From positions 6,504-70,503 of the forward strand of contig JBBIVV010000005.1 of NCBI GenBank assembly GCA_037439545.1: 64,000 nucleotides of DNA, given 5' to 3'. Source of the DNA: a bacterium. Lineage in GTDB: Bacteria > JAMCPX01. A model generated the notes under the pieces. The model was not told the origin of the DNA. It saw nothing but the letters and a program-made list of their open reading frames with translations, and made no database searches. Made by a program: the position numbers and the translations under genes. Of this stretch, positions 9,360-19,485 are shown piece after piece; position 1 is the stretch's first letter, and each line of letters starts with the position of its first letter.

Positions 9360-10151
9360 TTACTCGGAAACCTGTGTGAATTTTGCGAGCAGAGTTTTAT
9401 TTATTTCTATCCTTCCGTTTGTCCTTGCATCATCGACAAGCCCCTGTATCCACGAGCTGTATGCGGATTGAGCCACATCGTACTTCAACTGCATGCCTGT
9501 GTGCGCGGCATTCCCGGGCATCCCTGCAGATTTCGACGGATTCTCGATTGTGTCCAGCATTTTTACTTCATTGTCGCTGAGAAAAATACCATCGAAGAAA
9601 AGTTTTTTTAATTTTAATGTCAGTATGCTCTGTTTGACATTCTGCTGAAAATTATCGGGGGTTATATTATTGTCCCTCAGCACTGTGTAGTATATTCTCG
9701 GATCAAACTGGTGTTCTTTGTTGAGAAAAGAGGAAAGATGGGATATCTGGTCCCTTAATTCATCGCTTGTTACCATAAACCCTATGTCATGCGCCTGCTG
9801 TACCGCAACCTCGTCCGATATAAGGTTGTTTAATACCAGAGCGGGAATATTCATGGATGCAATGAGTTCAGGCGTTAACCCGCCTTTAAACTCCTTGCTA
9901 TAGTTATTCAGTGCAATCTTGTACGTGCTGTTAAAACTATCGGTTGATATGGCTTTGCGGTTTACTATGGCTACCGTGCCTTCCGATATGCCCGTGCCGC
10001 AGCTCCTTGCAATACCGAATATGCCTCCAAACCCTCCGAGAAAGGTTATGGCTACTACGAAATAGATCACCTTCAAGCCCCAATTACCCGTGTATTTTCT
10101 TATATAATTTAACATAACAAGTGAGTATATTAAGCGATAATAAAAAATCAA
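9360..10151 (-). CDS. SurA N-terminal domain (PpiD-like) periplasmic chaperone, no PPIase domain
   Basis: An N-terminal TM anchor is followed by a SurA_N-like helical domain (VAIVNRKAISTDSFNSTYKIALNNY...). The track start is a TTG. An internal ATG at 10115 (MLNYIRKY) matches PpiD-type N-termini better. Confidence 0.6.
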   Translation of the reverse strand: MIFYYRLIYSLVMLNYIRKYTGNWGLKVIYFVVAITFLGGFGGIFGIARSCGTGISEGTVAIVNRKAISTDSFNSTYKIALNNYSKEFKGGLTPELIASMNIPALVLNNLISDEVAVQQAHDIGFMVTSDELRDQISHLSSFLNKEHQFDPRIYYTVLRDNNITPDNFQQNVKQSILTLKLKKLFFDGIFLSDNEVKMLDTIENPSKSAGMPGNAAHTGMQLKYDVAQSAYSSWIQGLVDDARTNGRIEINKTLLAKFTQVSE

Positions 10152-10345
10152 GTGTTTTACTATCTGCGGTTTTCTCTGTTTCCTCCTTATTTTTGAGGTT
10201 TATAAAAAGCACGAATCATACCATAATCCTCCTTAGACGAAACCGCCTCTTTTATGCCTGACAAATATAAACATTTTTGCACATACGCTTCAATTATGTT
10301 TTTCATTCACTTTATTGTAGTTCCAGGATTACGGTAATTATGTTA

Positions 10346-10374
10346 TTGAAGGGCAGAAACAAATTTATTATACT
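10346..10374 (+). promoter_or_regulatory. candidate sigma-70 promoter for the ROK kinase gene (TTGAAG, 17-nt spacer, TATACT)
   Basis: Read directly from the sequence. The -35 hexamer is at 10346 to 10351 and the -10 at 10369 to 10374, about 30 nt upstream of the RBS (TAGGAGG) and ATG at 10407. Confidence 0.4.
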
Positions 10375-10406
10375 ACCGCGGTATAAATCATTATAGGAGG
10401 CGCATT

Positions 10407-11396
10407 ATGCCGGAGAACACATGGGCAATAGGTATCGATTTCGGCGCCACAAAGATCGAGGTGGCAGGAGTTGACGGACAAGGAAGGCTCATGAACCGCC
10501 TCATGTTCACTATGAACGCTACAGGCGGTTATGACAAGGTCGGGCCGGAAATCATACAGGTTGTCAGGAAGCTCATTAAAACTGCAGACCGCAAACCCGC
10601 AGGCGTGGGCGTGGGCATGGCTGGGCAGATAGACCCGTCAAACGGTATGGTTATTTTCTCGCCGAATTTAGACTGGCATAATGTGCCGCTTCAGGATGAT
10701 CTTGCGCAGGAGCTCGGGCTGCCCGTTGCGGTTACCAATGATGTCCGTGCTGCTGCATGGGGTGAGTGGCTCTATGGCGCAGGCAGGGGATACCATGACC
10801 TTGTGTGCGTTTTTGTAGGTACCGGCGTGGGCGGAGGTATTGTATGCAACGGAAGAATGCTTGAAGGATGCAGCAACACGGCAGGCGAGATAGGTCACAT
10901 AACCATCGATCTGAACGGTCCTCCCTGCCACTGTTCGAATCACGGATGCCTCGAGTCTCTCGCAGGAGGGTGGGCCATAGCAAGGGATGCACAGGAAGCG
11001 GTTGCACGCGACCGGACGGCAGGGGCGGTCATGTTAAGACTTGCACACGGGGACAAAAAAGCGATATCAGCTAAAATTGTTTCTATGGCCGCGCATCAAA
11101 ACGATGCACTTGCCTCGGAGATCGTTAAAAATGTATCAAACGCACTCGTTGCAGGAATGACAGGACTGGTCAATGCATTCAATCCCTGCGTATTGATCCT
11201 CGGGGGCGGCGTCATAGAAGGACTTCCCGAGCTCGTAAGCATCATAGACCGCGGCGTACGCAGCCGCGCCCTCGGTACTGCAAGCAAAAAACTGAAGGTC
11301 GTCCATGCGGAACTGCAAAGGGATGCCGGGGTAGTGGGGGCCGCGGCCTTTGCAATCCATACATTTCCGGGCAAAAGTTTCCAAAGAAACGGATAA
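10407..11396 (+). CDS. ROK-family sugar kinase (glucokinase-like)
   Basis: An N-terminal ATPase motif (IGIDFGATKIEVAGVD), the ROK signature with zinc ligands (CHCSNHGCLESLAGG) and a strong RBS. Confidence 0.8.
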   Translation: MPENTWAIGIDFGATKIEVAGVDGQGRLMNRLMFTMNATGGYDKVGPEIIQVVRKLIKTADRKPAGVGVGMAGQIDPSNGMVIFSPNLDWHNVPLQDDLAQELGLPVAVTNDVRAAAWGEWLYGAGRGYHDLVCVFVGTGVGGGIVCNGRMLEGCSNTAGEIGHITIDLNGPPCHCSNHGCLESLAGGWAIARDAQEAVARDRTAGAVMLRLAHGDKKAISAKIVSMAAHQNDALASEIVKNVSNALVAGMTGLVNAFNPCVLILGGGVIEGLPELVSIIDRGVRSRALGTASKKLKVVHAELQRDAGVVGAAAFAIHTFPGKSFQRNG

Positions 11397-11412
11397 AGCA
11401 AACTACGCGGGA

Positions 11413-12912
11413 CTACCGCAGGTTATTCAGCCTTCCGGCCGTCTTCCATTTTGATGCATTGTCTCCCTGACTGTGTGTCCCGGTGTTTTCATGATTGTCC
11501 TTCCCTGTTATACCGGGCAGGGAACTTGCAATCGCTGCCATAACCCATAGTGGGGAAGCGTCCTTGACGAAGCCGTTCATTTCCTGATCAAGAAAACCTG
11601 TGTTTATATCCCCGTTCACAAATCTTTGGTGTTTAAGCAGCCATTGGTAAAGCGGTATGGTCGTTGAAATGCCTACAATCCTGTATTCGCTGAACGCCCT
11701 GAGCATTCTATCGATGGCTTCCTGCCTGTTTTTGCCATGGGACTGGATCTTGGTTATCAGAGAATCATACCAGCCGGGGACGTCAAAGCCTTCATATACC
11801 CCGCTGTCGACGCGTATGCCGGCACCCTGGGGTTCTCTCAGGTATGCGATCTTACCCGGTGTAGGCGCGAAATCACTTGCCGGATCCTCTGCAACAATCC
11901 TGCATTCAATAGCACTGCCTGACAGCGTTATGTCAGACTGTTTGAAAGCGAGCTTATCTCCATGTGCTATCCTGATCTGTTCTTTTACAATATCGATACC
12001 TGTGACGAGTTCGGTTACCGGATGTTCAACCTGTAATCTTGTGTTCATCTCCATGAAGTACAGTTCGCCGTGTTCGTCCATTATGAATTCAATGGTCCCG
12101 GCATTGTAATATCCTGCAGCCTTTGCAGCCGATACTGCCATGGCACCGACCTTTGCCCGCTTTTCAGCATTCATGACAGGGGATGGGCTTTCTTCGATGA
12201 GCTTCTGATGCTTTCTCTGTATGGAACATTCTCTTTCGTTGAGGTGAATCACAGTGCCCTGCCGGTCACCGAGTATCTGAAACTCGATATGCCGTGGGTC
12301 CCTGATAAACTTCTCTATGTAAAGTGAGCCGTCCCCGAAAGCCGACAGAGCCTCTGAAGACGCCCGTTCGAATGCAGATGCAAGGGACTTTTCCTCTTCG
12401 ACGAGCCTCATGCCTTTACCGCCGCCGCCGCTTACGGCCTTTATCATGACAGGGTAGCCTATTTCATCTGTTATCTTTTTGGCAGTCTTCACGTCCGGAA
12501 CAGGATCGATGGTGCCGGGTACGATGGTAACCCCTGCACTTTTTGCAAGCCTTCTTGCACTGATCTTATCGCCCATTGCCTTTACGGATTCCGGAGAGGG
12601 ACCTATGAATACAATTCCGCTGTCCGAGATTTTTTTCGCAAATACCGTGTTTTCTGCAAGGAAACCGTACCCCGGGTGAATTGCGTCTGCCGAGCAGGCT
12701 CGAGCAATACCGATGATCTTGTCCATGTTCAGGTAGCTTTCGGAAGGCTGTGAATGTCCCAGATAATACGCCTCGTCGGCCATTCTTACATGCAGGGCGT
12801 TCCTGTCGGCATCGGAATAAACGGCGACTGCCTCTATGTTCATCTCGTGACATGCACGGATAATCCTTACTGCTATCTCGGAACGGTTTGCTATGAGTAT
12901 TTTTTTAAACAT
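11413..12912 (-). CDS. accC: acyl-CoA carboxylase biotin carboxylase subunit (AccC-like)
   Basis: MFKKILIANRSEIAVRIIRA, ATP-grasp motifs and GGGGKGMR. The start is placed at the internal ATG (12912), which is preceded by AAAGGGAAAT. The track ORF runs to 12957. The protein has a C-terminal tail of about 60 aa. Confidence 0.85.
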   Translation of the reverse strand: MFKKILIANRSEIAVRIIRACHEMNIEAVAVYSDADRNALHVRMADEAYYLGHSQPSESYLNMDKIIGIARACSADAIHPGYGFLAENTVFAKKISDSGIVFIGPSPESVKAMGDKISARRLAKSAGVTIVPGTIDPVPDVKTAKKITDEIGYPVMIKAVSGGGGKGMRLVEEEKSLASAFERASSEALSAFGDGSLYIEKFIRDPRHIEFQILGDRQGTVIHLNERECSIQRKHQKLIEESPSPVMNAEKRAKVGAMAVSAAKAAGYYNAGTIEFIMDEHGELYFMEMNTRLQVEHPVTELVTGIDIVKEQIRIAHGDKLAFKQSDITLSGSAIECRIVAEDPASDFAPTPGKIAYLREPQGAGIRVDSGVYEGFDVPGWYDSLITKIQSHGKNRQEAIDRMLRAFSEYRIVGISTTIPLYQWLLKHQRFVNGDINTGFLDQEMNGFVKDASPLWVMAAIASSLPGITGKDNHENTGTHSQGDNASKWKTAGRLNNLR

Positions 12913-12993
12913 ATTTCCCTTTAAATTTCTAATCCCGAATGTCTGACTGCTAAACAAAGTGGAGCATAAAATTAAAACACTTCAAATTCTTTA

Positions 12994-13024
12994 AAATTTC
13001 TAATTTTGATATTGTTTAGAAATT
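12994..13024. repeat. perfect 9-bp inverted repeat AATTTCTAA(N12)TTAGAAATT, with a third direct copy AAATTTCTAAT at 12923 to 12933 just upstream of the accC start
   Basis: Seen directly in the pccB-accC intergenic region. Further degenerate copies (AAATTTAGAATTT) lie at 13033 to 13045. Confidence 0.5.
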
Positions 13025-13055
13025 AGGTTTTCAAATTTAGAATTTATCCTTTCGC

Positions 13056-14606
13056 CTAAAGCGGTATGTTCCCGTGTTTTTTCTTCGGGTTGGTATCGGT
13101 CTTGTTTTTCAGCATCCGCAGGGCTGAAATGATCTTGAACCTTGTGGCAGACGGTTTTATAATCTCATCTATATAGCCGAGCTCTGCAGCCTTCCATGGA
13201 GATGCAAATTTCTCCCTGTATTCTTCCGTGAGTTGTGTACGCTTTGCCTCCGGATCGTTTGCTGCATCGAGCTCTTTTCTAAAGATAATATTAACGGCAC
13301 CGTCAGGTCCCATGACCGCGATCTCAGCGCTAGGGTATGCGTAATTGATATCGGCTCTTATGTGCTTGCTCGACATAACGTCATACGCACCGCCGTATGC
13401 TTTTCTTGTAATAATGGTTATCTTCGGCACTGTTGCCTCTGCAAAGGCATAAAGCAGTTTAGCACCCTGCCTTATTATGCCTCCATGCTCCTGGACTGTT
13501 CCCGGTAAAAATCCCGGCACGTCTTCAAGCGTGATCAGCGGGATGTTGAATGCATCGCAAAATCTTACAAACCGTGCCCCTTTTACAGAGGCATCTATGT
13601 CCAGGGTACCTGCAAGATACGCCGGCTGGTTTGCAATAATACCGGCAGACATACCCCCATACTTTGCAAAGCCGACAACAATATTGGGTGCATACGTCTC
13701 ATGGACCTCGAGGAAATACCCGTCGTCCACCGTAGCAAATATCAACTCTTTCATATCATAAGGTTTATTGGGCTGGTCCGGAATCAGGTTGTCAAGCTCG
13801 GGTGACAGGCGATCTGCCGGGTCCGATGTTTCCTTGTAAGGAGGATCATCGAGATTGTTCGAGGGTATGAACCCTACAAGTTCTCTTAACCCGATCAGGC
13901 ATTCTTCGTCATTATCGAAGACAAAGTGTGCGATACCGCTCTTCGTGGCATGGGTCATTGCACCGCCGAGTTGTTCCTTTGTCACCTCTTCATGCGTTAC
14001 CGATTTTACGACATCAGGACCTGTTACGAACATGTAGCTCGTGCCTTTTGTCATAAAGATAAAATCCGTTATTGCTGGCGAGTAGACAGCCCCGCCGGCG
14101 CATGGTCCCATGACCGCCGAGAGCTGGGGAACAACGCCTGAAACCAGCACGTTGCGCAAAAATATATCGGCATAGCCTGCGAGGCTTTCAACCCCCTCCT
14201 GGATCCGTGCACCGCCGGAATCATTGAGTCCGATGACAGGCGCGCCGTTTTTTAAAGCAAGGTCCATAATCTTGCAGATTTTCTTTGCGTAAGCCCCTGA
14301 TAATGAGCCGCCGAATACGGTGAAGTCCTGCGAAAACACATAGACAAGCCTGCCGTCGATCGTGCCGTAACCTGTAACCACGCCGTCGCCGAGATACTTC
14401 TGCTTGTCCATGTTGAAATCAATCGCCCGGTGCATTACAAACTTATCGAGTTCTACAAAGCTTCCCTTGTCGAGCAGTATGTCGATGCGCTCCCGTGCGG
14501 TAAGCTTGCCGGCCTGGTGCTGTTTCTCGATGCGCTGCTCACCGCCGCCAAGCTCGGCCTCCTCATTCATCCTTTCCAATTCTTTTATACGCTTTTCATA
14601 AGACAT
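13056..14606 (-). CDS. pccB: acyl-CoA carboxylase carboxyltransferase subunit (propionyl-CoA carboxylase beta / methylmalonyl-CoA carboxyltransferase 12S type)
   Basis: 516 aa with two crotonase-like carboxyltransferase halves and typical motifs ([21 protein letters not shown]). Confidence 0.85.
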   Translation of the reverse strand: MSYEKRIKELERMNEEAELGGGEQRIEKQHQAGKLTARERIDILLDKGSFVELDKFVMHRAIDFNMDKQKYLGDGVVTGYGTIDGRLVYVFSQDFTVFGGSLSGAYAKKICKIMDLALKNGAPVIGLNDSGGARIQEGVESLAGYADIFLRNVLVSGVVPQLSAVMGPCAGGAVYSPAITDFIFMTKGTSYMFVTGPDVVKSVTHEEVTKEQLGGAMTHATKSGIAHFVFDNDEECLIGLRELVGFIPSNNLDDPPYKETSDPADRLSPELDNLIPDQPNKPYDMKELIFATVDDGYFLEVHETYAPNIVVGFAKYGGMSAGIIANQPAYLAGTLDIDASVKGARFVRFCDAFNIPLITLEDVPGFLPGTVQEHGGIIRQGAKLLYAFAEATVPKITIITRKAYGGAYDVMSSKHIRADINYAYPSAEIAVMGPDGAVNIIFRKELDAANDPEAKRTQLTEEYREKFASPWKAAELGYIDEIIKPSATRFKIISALRMLKNKTDTNPKKKHGNIPL

Positions 14607-14637
14607 AAATTACCCCGCTCTTCCGTCATTCTTCAGT

Positions 14638-15783
14638 CTATAACAGGCACTGCTCCATCTTGTCCACAACCTGTTTCTGCTGTTCTACCGATAACTCAGG
14701 GTACATGGGAAGGCTTAACACCTGTTTTGCGGCGAGCTCCGACTGTTTCAGACTGCCCTTTTTATACCGGAGATATCGAAAAACCGGCTGGAGGTGAAGC
14801 GGTATGGGATAGTAGACCTCTGTTCCAACTCCTTCCTGTTTCAATGCGTCCCTTACCTTGTCCCTGTTTTTCACACGCACCGTGTATTGATGGAATATGT
14901 GGGTCATGTCGTCAGGTACTCCGGGAAGAACAATCCTGTTTTGCAGCCCCGTGCCGGTGAAGTATTCGTTATACCGTTTTGCGAGCTCCATCCTTGTGTG
15001 GTTCCATTGCTCTATATGATTAAGTTTTATCGACAGTACGGCAGCCTGCAGGCCGTCCATTCTGCTGTTAATGCCGGGATACTTATGTACATATCTTTCC
15101 GGGGATCCATGCACCCTCAATACACGCAGCATTCCGGCAAGCTTATCATCGTTCGTGACAACCATGCCGCCATCACCCGCACCCCCGAGGTTCTTGGTCG
15201 GATAAAAAGAAAAACATCCCATATCACCGATCGTGCCGGCCTTTTTATATTCATTATTATATATGCATCGTGCACCGAAAGCCTGAGCAGCATCCTCTAT
15301 GACCTGCACACCGTACTTTTTCGCAAGTTTCATAATGCCCTGCATGTCAGCGCTCCTTCCGTACAGGTGGACAGGCAGGATTGCCTTTACCGTGCGGTGT
15401 CTTTTCAGGGCTTGCTCGACCATGGGTACGGACAGGTTAAAGGTGCCGGGCTCTATATCCACGAACACAGGATCAGCACCAAGCCGAGTGATAGCAGATG
15501 CGGTTGCAAAGAATGTAAACGGCGTCGTTATTACCCTGTCTCCTTTTTTAATGCCGACGGCTAAAAGGGACAGATACAGTGCATCGGAACCTGATGCAAC
15601 AGCAACGGCATGTTTTATGCCGAGGTACGACTCGCACGCTTTTTCAAATTCATTGACAAAATTACCGAGCACAAACTGCTGGGTCTCGAAAACCTGTTTC
15701 ACCTTCTGTAAGATCTCTTCATTCAGTTTGCGATAATGTTCCGTGAGGTCTAATTGTTTAATCATACTGCTTATCCTTTCCAT
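14638..15783 (-). CDS. DegT/DnrJ/EryC1/StrS-family PLP-dependent sugar aminotransferase
   Basis: Family motifs (AVASGSDALYLSL, ITTPFTFFATASAI, SFYPTKNLGGAGDGG). The likely start is the internal ATG at 15765, which has an SD. The 15783 start overlaps the end of asnB. Confidence 0.8.
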   Translation of the reverse strand: MERISSMIKQLDLTEHYRKLNEEILQKVKQVFETQQFVLGNFVNEFEKACESYLGIKHAVAVASGSDALYLSLLAVGIKKGDRVITTPFTFFATASAITRLGADPVFVDIEPGTFNLSVPMVEQALKRHRTVKAILPVHLYGRSADMQGIMKLAKKYGVQVIEDAAQAFGARCIYNNEYKKAGTIGDMGCFSFYPTKNLGGAGDGGMVVTNDDKLAGMLRVLRVHGSPERYVHKYPGINSRMDGLQAAVLSIKLNHIEQWNHTRMELAKRYNEYFTGTGLQNRIVLPGVPDDMTHIFHQYTVRVKNRDKVRDALKQEGVGTEVYYPIPLHLQPVFRYLRYKKGSLKQSELAAKQVLSLPMYPELSVEQQKQVVDKMEQCLL

Positions 15784-17699
15784 TTACCGGTCTTCATTCC
15801 TCTGAGCCACAGTTCCAGTGTCAGAAACAGCCATAGCTTTAGACCGTGATCCCTGACCTCGTTCTGATGCTCGTCAAATATGCGTTTTACTTCACCCGCG
15901 TTCAGGTATGCATTGATCTCCGGGCTGCCTGCCACTATATGTTCTTCGAGATAGGACCTCAGGTTGCCCCTGAACCATGCTCCAAGCGGCACCCCGAATC
16001 CCATCTTGCCTCTGTGCATTAACTCATGCGGCAAAATGTCTCTAAAGGTGTACTTCAGGTCAGCTTTTGTTTGCAAGCCATTTAGCTTTAAATGGTCCGG
16101 TATTGTAAATGCATATTCAATGAGCCCGGTATCGAGGAACGGGGACCTGCCTTCCAGACTGTTCGCCATGGACATCCTGTCCATCTTGACCAAAAGGTCA
16201 TCCGGCAGATATGTTTTGAAATTAAGATAGAGCAGCTGTGTCAATACGGAAGTCTTCTCCATACCCTCAAGCTGCGAAGTAAAGTACGAAAGCATCCTTT
16301 CTTCGTAATCATCGTCGCCCGACGGGGCATGCAGGGACGGGTTAAGGAATTGTTCAAGATTTTCAAGCTGAATATATGATATCCAGTTTATATACCTCGC
16401 AATAAGAGGTTTGTTCAGTGCCTTCAAGAACCTCTTTGCTTTTGACAAGGCATTCCTTTCTGATTTAAAATTGGGTATGAGCCCCGCCGTGCCTGCGAGA
16501 AACCTGCGGAGAGACGCAGGGATCATTTCCGCGAATCTGCTTGCCGTAAATCTCGTATAGCCAGCGAAAAGTTCATCCCCTCCATCTCCGTTCAGGGCAA
16601 CGGTAACATGCTGTCTTGTCAGGTTCGATACGATGTAGGTCGGTATTGCCGATGCATCTCCAAAAGGCTCATCATAATGATATATGAGTTTATCTATGAG
16701 ATCTATGGCCTTCGGTGTAACGATAAAAACATGGTGTTCTGTGGCATACTTTTTGGCAACGATGTTTGCATATCTTGTTTCATCATAACGCGGATCCTCA
16801 GAAAAACCTATTGAAAATGTTTTCACCGGGCTGGACATGAGCCTGCTCATAATGCCCGTTATGATGCTCGAATCGATCCCCCCGCTCAGGAACGTGCCAA
16901 GCGGGACATCCGAGATGAGCCTTTTCTGTACGGCATCGGTAAATTTTAGACGAAGCAAGGGATCGTCTTTGGAATACTGATCGTCGTCCACCGCGGTGTT
17001 GATTATATGTTCTTTCAGATGCCAGTAATTCCTGGTCTCGACCTCTCCCGCGTGTGTGTAAACAGCATAATGAGCCGGCTCTAATTTAGCGATACCTTTA
17101 TAAAAGGTCTGCGGCGGCTGAGCATATCCATACACCAGATAAAACGGCAGTGCCTGTTCGTTGATATTGATCTCCTGATCCGGAAGCAGTGAAAGGATTG
17201 CTTTTATCTCGGATGCGAACAGCAGGCGCTTTGCGTCGTGATAATAGTACAGAGGTTTTTTGCCGACCCTGTCTCGTGCGAGTATAATTTTATGCTGTTT
17301 CTGATCATAGATGGCAATGGCGAACATACCGTCAAGCATTGCGATTGAATCCTCGCCATACTGTTCGTAAAGGTGTACGATGACTTCCGTATCGCTGTTC
17401 GTAACGAAACGATAATTCTGTTTCAGCCGTTCCCTGAGTTTTACAAAGTTATATATCTCTCCATTAAAAATAACCCATACATCTCTTCTCTCGTTGGTCA
17501 TGGGCTGATTTGCCGATGATGAAAGATCTATGATTGAAAGCCTTCTGTGCCCGAATCCGACGCATGGGATGCTCTGGTTGTCGATATAAATGCCGTTTGC
17601 ATCCGGGCCCCGGTGGACCAGCTTGTTCGTTGCATCTTCAAGGGCCTTTTTATCGATCTTTTTCCCGTCGAACTGTACAATACCGGCTATGCCGCACAT
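15771..17699 (-). CDS. asnB: asparagine synthase (glutamine-hydrolysing) family amidotransferase
   Basis: N-terminal MCGIAGIV class-II glutamine amidotransferase nucleophile and a PP-loop (SGGIDSS). 642 aa. Confidence 0.85.
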   Translation of the reverse strand: MCGIAGIVQFDGKKIDKKALEDATNKLVHRGPDANGIYIDNQSIPCVGFGHRRLSIIDLSSSANQPMTNERRDVWVIFNGEIYNFVKLRERLKQNYRFVTNSDTEVIVHLYEQYGEDSIAMLDGMFAIAIYDQKQHKIILARDRVGKKPLYYYHDAKRLLFASEIKAILSLLPDQEININEQALPFYLVYGYAQPPQTFYKGIAKLEPAHYAVYTHAGEVETRNYWHLKEHIINTAVDDDQYSKDDPLLRLKFTDAVQKRLISDVPLGTFLSGGIDSSIITGIMSRLMSSPVKTFSIGFSEDPRYDETRYANIVAKKYATEHHVFIVTPKAIDLIDKLIYHYDEPFGDASAIPTYIVSNLTRQHVTVALNGDGGDELFAGYTRFTASRFAEMIPASLRRFLAGTAGLIPNFKSERNALSKAKRFLKALNKPLIARYINWISYIQLENLEQFLNPSLHAPSGDDDYEERMLSYFTSQLEGMEKTSVLTQLLYLNFKTYLPDDLLVKMDRMSMANSLEGRSPFLDTGLIEYAFTIPDHLKLNGLQTKADLKYTFRDILPHELMHRGKMGFGVPLGAWFRGNLRSYLEEHIVAGSPEINAYLNAGEVKRIFDEHQNEVRDHGLKLWLFLTLELWLRGMKTGKWKG

Positions 17700-17700
17700 A

Positions 17701-18291
17701 TTATATCCTTCCCAGCATGTAATAGCCTATCAGCTTAAAATATTCCATCATTATGAATCTTGCATCCTTTATGCGGAAACCCATGCCCTCCTGAGATATC
17801 CCGGGTTTATAAGACGAACAATTATAGATTTCGATACCTGTGCCTTTAAAAACATTTTTTGCAACAAGGTACGACCTGAGCTGATGGTAGGGCGACGTTA
17901 CGATCAAAATCGATTGAAATCCGTGTTTTAAGACTATAGGCTTCGAGAAAAAAAAATTCTCATACGTGCTCCTCGCATAAGGCTCTATGAGGATTACTTT
18001 CTTCTGGATACCATAATGTGCAGCTACTTTAGATAAGAACTCACCGCTGTCTCCTGCTGTTCCATAACCGGTAAAAATTATGTAATCTGCATACCCCTGT
18101 TTATAAAGCTCAATGGCTTTTTTTGTGCGCAGGTAATAGGGATCCGCATCGCCGCTCAGTACTATTATGGCATCTGCTTTATGCGGCACATCACCTATAT
18201 AGAGCGTCCTTTCCAGCAATGGAAAGGAAAAAAACAACCCTGCGGCAAGGATAAAGACACCTGCAGCTATAAAAATGCATTTACGCCTCAT
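17701..18291 (-). CDS. DUF218 (YdcF/ElyC/SanA-like) envelope-associated protein
   Basis: A signal/TM N-terminus followed by DUF218 motifs (IIVLSGDADPY ... LIVTSPYHQLRSY). Confidence 0.65.
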   Translation of the reverse strand: MRRKCIFIAAGVFILAAGLFFSFPLLERTLYIGDVPHKADAIIVLSGDADPYYLRTKKAIELYKQGYADYIIFTGYGTAGDSGEFLSKVAAHYGIQKKVILIEPYARSTYENFFFSKPIVLKHGFQSILIVTSPYHQLRSYLVAKNVFKGTGIEIYNCSSYKPGISQEGMGFRIKDARFIMMEYFKLIGYYMLGRI

Positions 18292-18359
18292 AAGTGGTTA
18301 TTATACATTAAACGTCGTACGTGGCAAGCGCCGCTCTGTCCCCTTCTTGCAGATTAACC

Positions 18360-18408
18360 AGAAAAAAGTAACAGGAAAGTTTGCTCATTCGCTCAAACTC
18401 TCCTGTTT
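18360..18408 (-). terminator. rho-independent terminator downstream of mtnA
   Basis: On the minus strand, a 14-bp stem (AACAGGAGAGUUUG/CAAACUUUCCUGUU) with an 11-nt loop is followed by ACUUUUUUCUGG. Confidence 0.6.
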
Positions 18409-18444
18409 ACAAATGCATTTTTCGGGTTAACCGCTGTACGAGGC

Positions 18445-19485
18445 TTATTGAAACAGTTTTTTAATGCTCTTTACGTAAGGCCGGAAAAGAACACCTTTTT
18501 CCGTTATTATTGCCGTGATGTATTTTGCAGGAGTCACATCGAAAGCCGGGTTCATGACTTTGACACCTTCGGGTGCAATGGATTTACCCGCGATGGTTAT
18601 AACTTCTTTGTGCGGCCTTTCTTCTATAATGATCTCCTTACCGGATGAAATGCCCGGATCGAACGTGGATGAAGGTGCAGCAACATAAAATGGGATGCCG
18701 TGCGTGTGAGCAAGGACCGCAACGCTGTAGGTGCCGATCTTGTTCGCAACATCCCCATTCCCTGCAATCCTGTCGGCTCCGACTATGCAGGCATGTATGA
18801 GTCCCTGTTTCATCATCCATCCTGCCATATTGTCCGTAATGAGCGTAACGTCAAAGCCGTCCTGCAGAAGTTCCCATGCAGTGAGGCGTGCACCCTGCAA
18901 AAACGGCCTTGTTTCGTCGGCAAAGACCTTGAGTTTTTTGCCCGAAGCTTTTGCGGAACGCAGAACACCGAGTGCTGTGCCGTATCCTGCAGTCGCCAGT
19001 GAACCTGCATTGCAATGGGTGAGAACGGTCCATCCATTTTTGATGAGTCTTTCGCCGAAATCCCCCATCTTTTTGTTCGCTTCTATATCCTCATGATATA
19101 TATGAAGCGCCTCTGTAGAGAGCCTTCCTGTAATCGAAGCAGGCGAAGACATTGCAGTTTTTGCAACACCGAGCATCCTTTTGACGGCCCATGATAAATT
19201 GTGCGCAGTCGGCCGTGCATCTATAAGATGTTTCCCCATCTTTTCAAGGACCGTCAGGTATTTTTTCCGGTCTTTTATTTTTACCGACCTTGCACCAAGC
19301 CATACGCCGAATGCGGCTGTCACGCCTATTGCGGGCGCGCCCCTTACCGCCATATGCTTTATAATGTCATGGGCGTCTCTGTATGTTCTCATCTTTATGT
19401 ATTGCTTCTGTGCAGGCAGAAGTCTTTGATCCAGGACAAGTACATGGTTTTTTTTCGGCAGAATGGTATAAAACGGCATCTTCAT
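18445..19485 (-). CDS. mtnA: S-methyl-5-thioribose-1-phosphate isomerase (eIF2B-like family)
   Basis: 346 aa with MtnA/e2B2 family motifs (AVRGAPAIGVTAAFG, GADRIAANGDVANKIGTY). Confidence 0.8.
   Translation of the reverse strand: MKMPFYTILPKKNHVLVLDQRLLPAQKQYIKMRTYRDAHDIIKHMAVRGAPAIGVTAAFGVWLGARSVKIKDRKKYLTVLEKMGKHLIDARPTAHNLSWAVKRMLGVAKTAMSSPASITGRLSTEALHIYHEDIEANKKMGDFGERLIKNGWTVLTHCNAGSLATAGYGTALGVLRSAKASGKKLKVFADETRPFLQGARLTAWELLQDGFDVTLITDNMAGWMMKQGLIHACIVGADRIAGNGDVANKIGTYSVAVLAHTHGIPFYVAAPSSTFDPGISSGKEIIIEERPHKEVITIAGKSIAPEGVKVMNPAFDVTPAKYITAIITEKGVLFRPYVKSIKKLFQ

Noticed and set aside
14794-15564. 256-aa plus-strand ORF
   Set aside because: It is fully antisense to the well-conserved DegT aminotransferase gene, has no RBS and an odd composition. 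It is a shadow ORF. The same reasoning rejects 11657 to 12109 (antisense to accC), 36833 to 37321 and 36880 to 37209 (antisense to the acyl-CoA dehydrogenase), 37535 to 38071 and 38176 to 38769 (antisense to thiolase), 51344 to 51913 (antisense to pilT) and 7041 to 7496 (antisense to usp).
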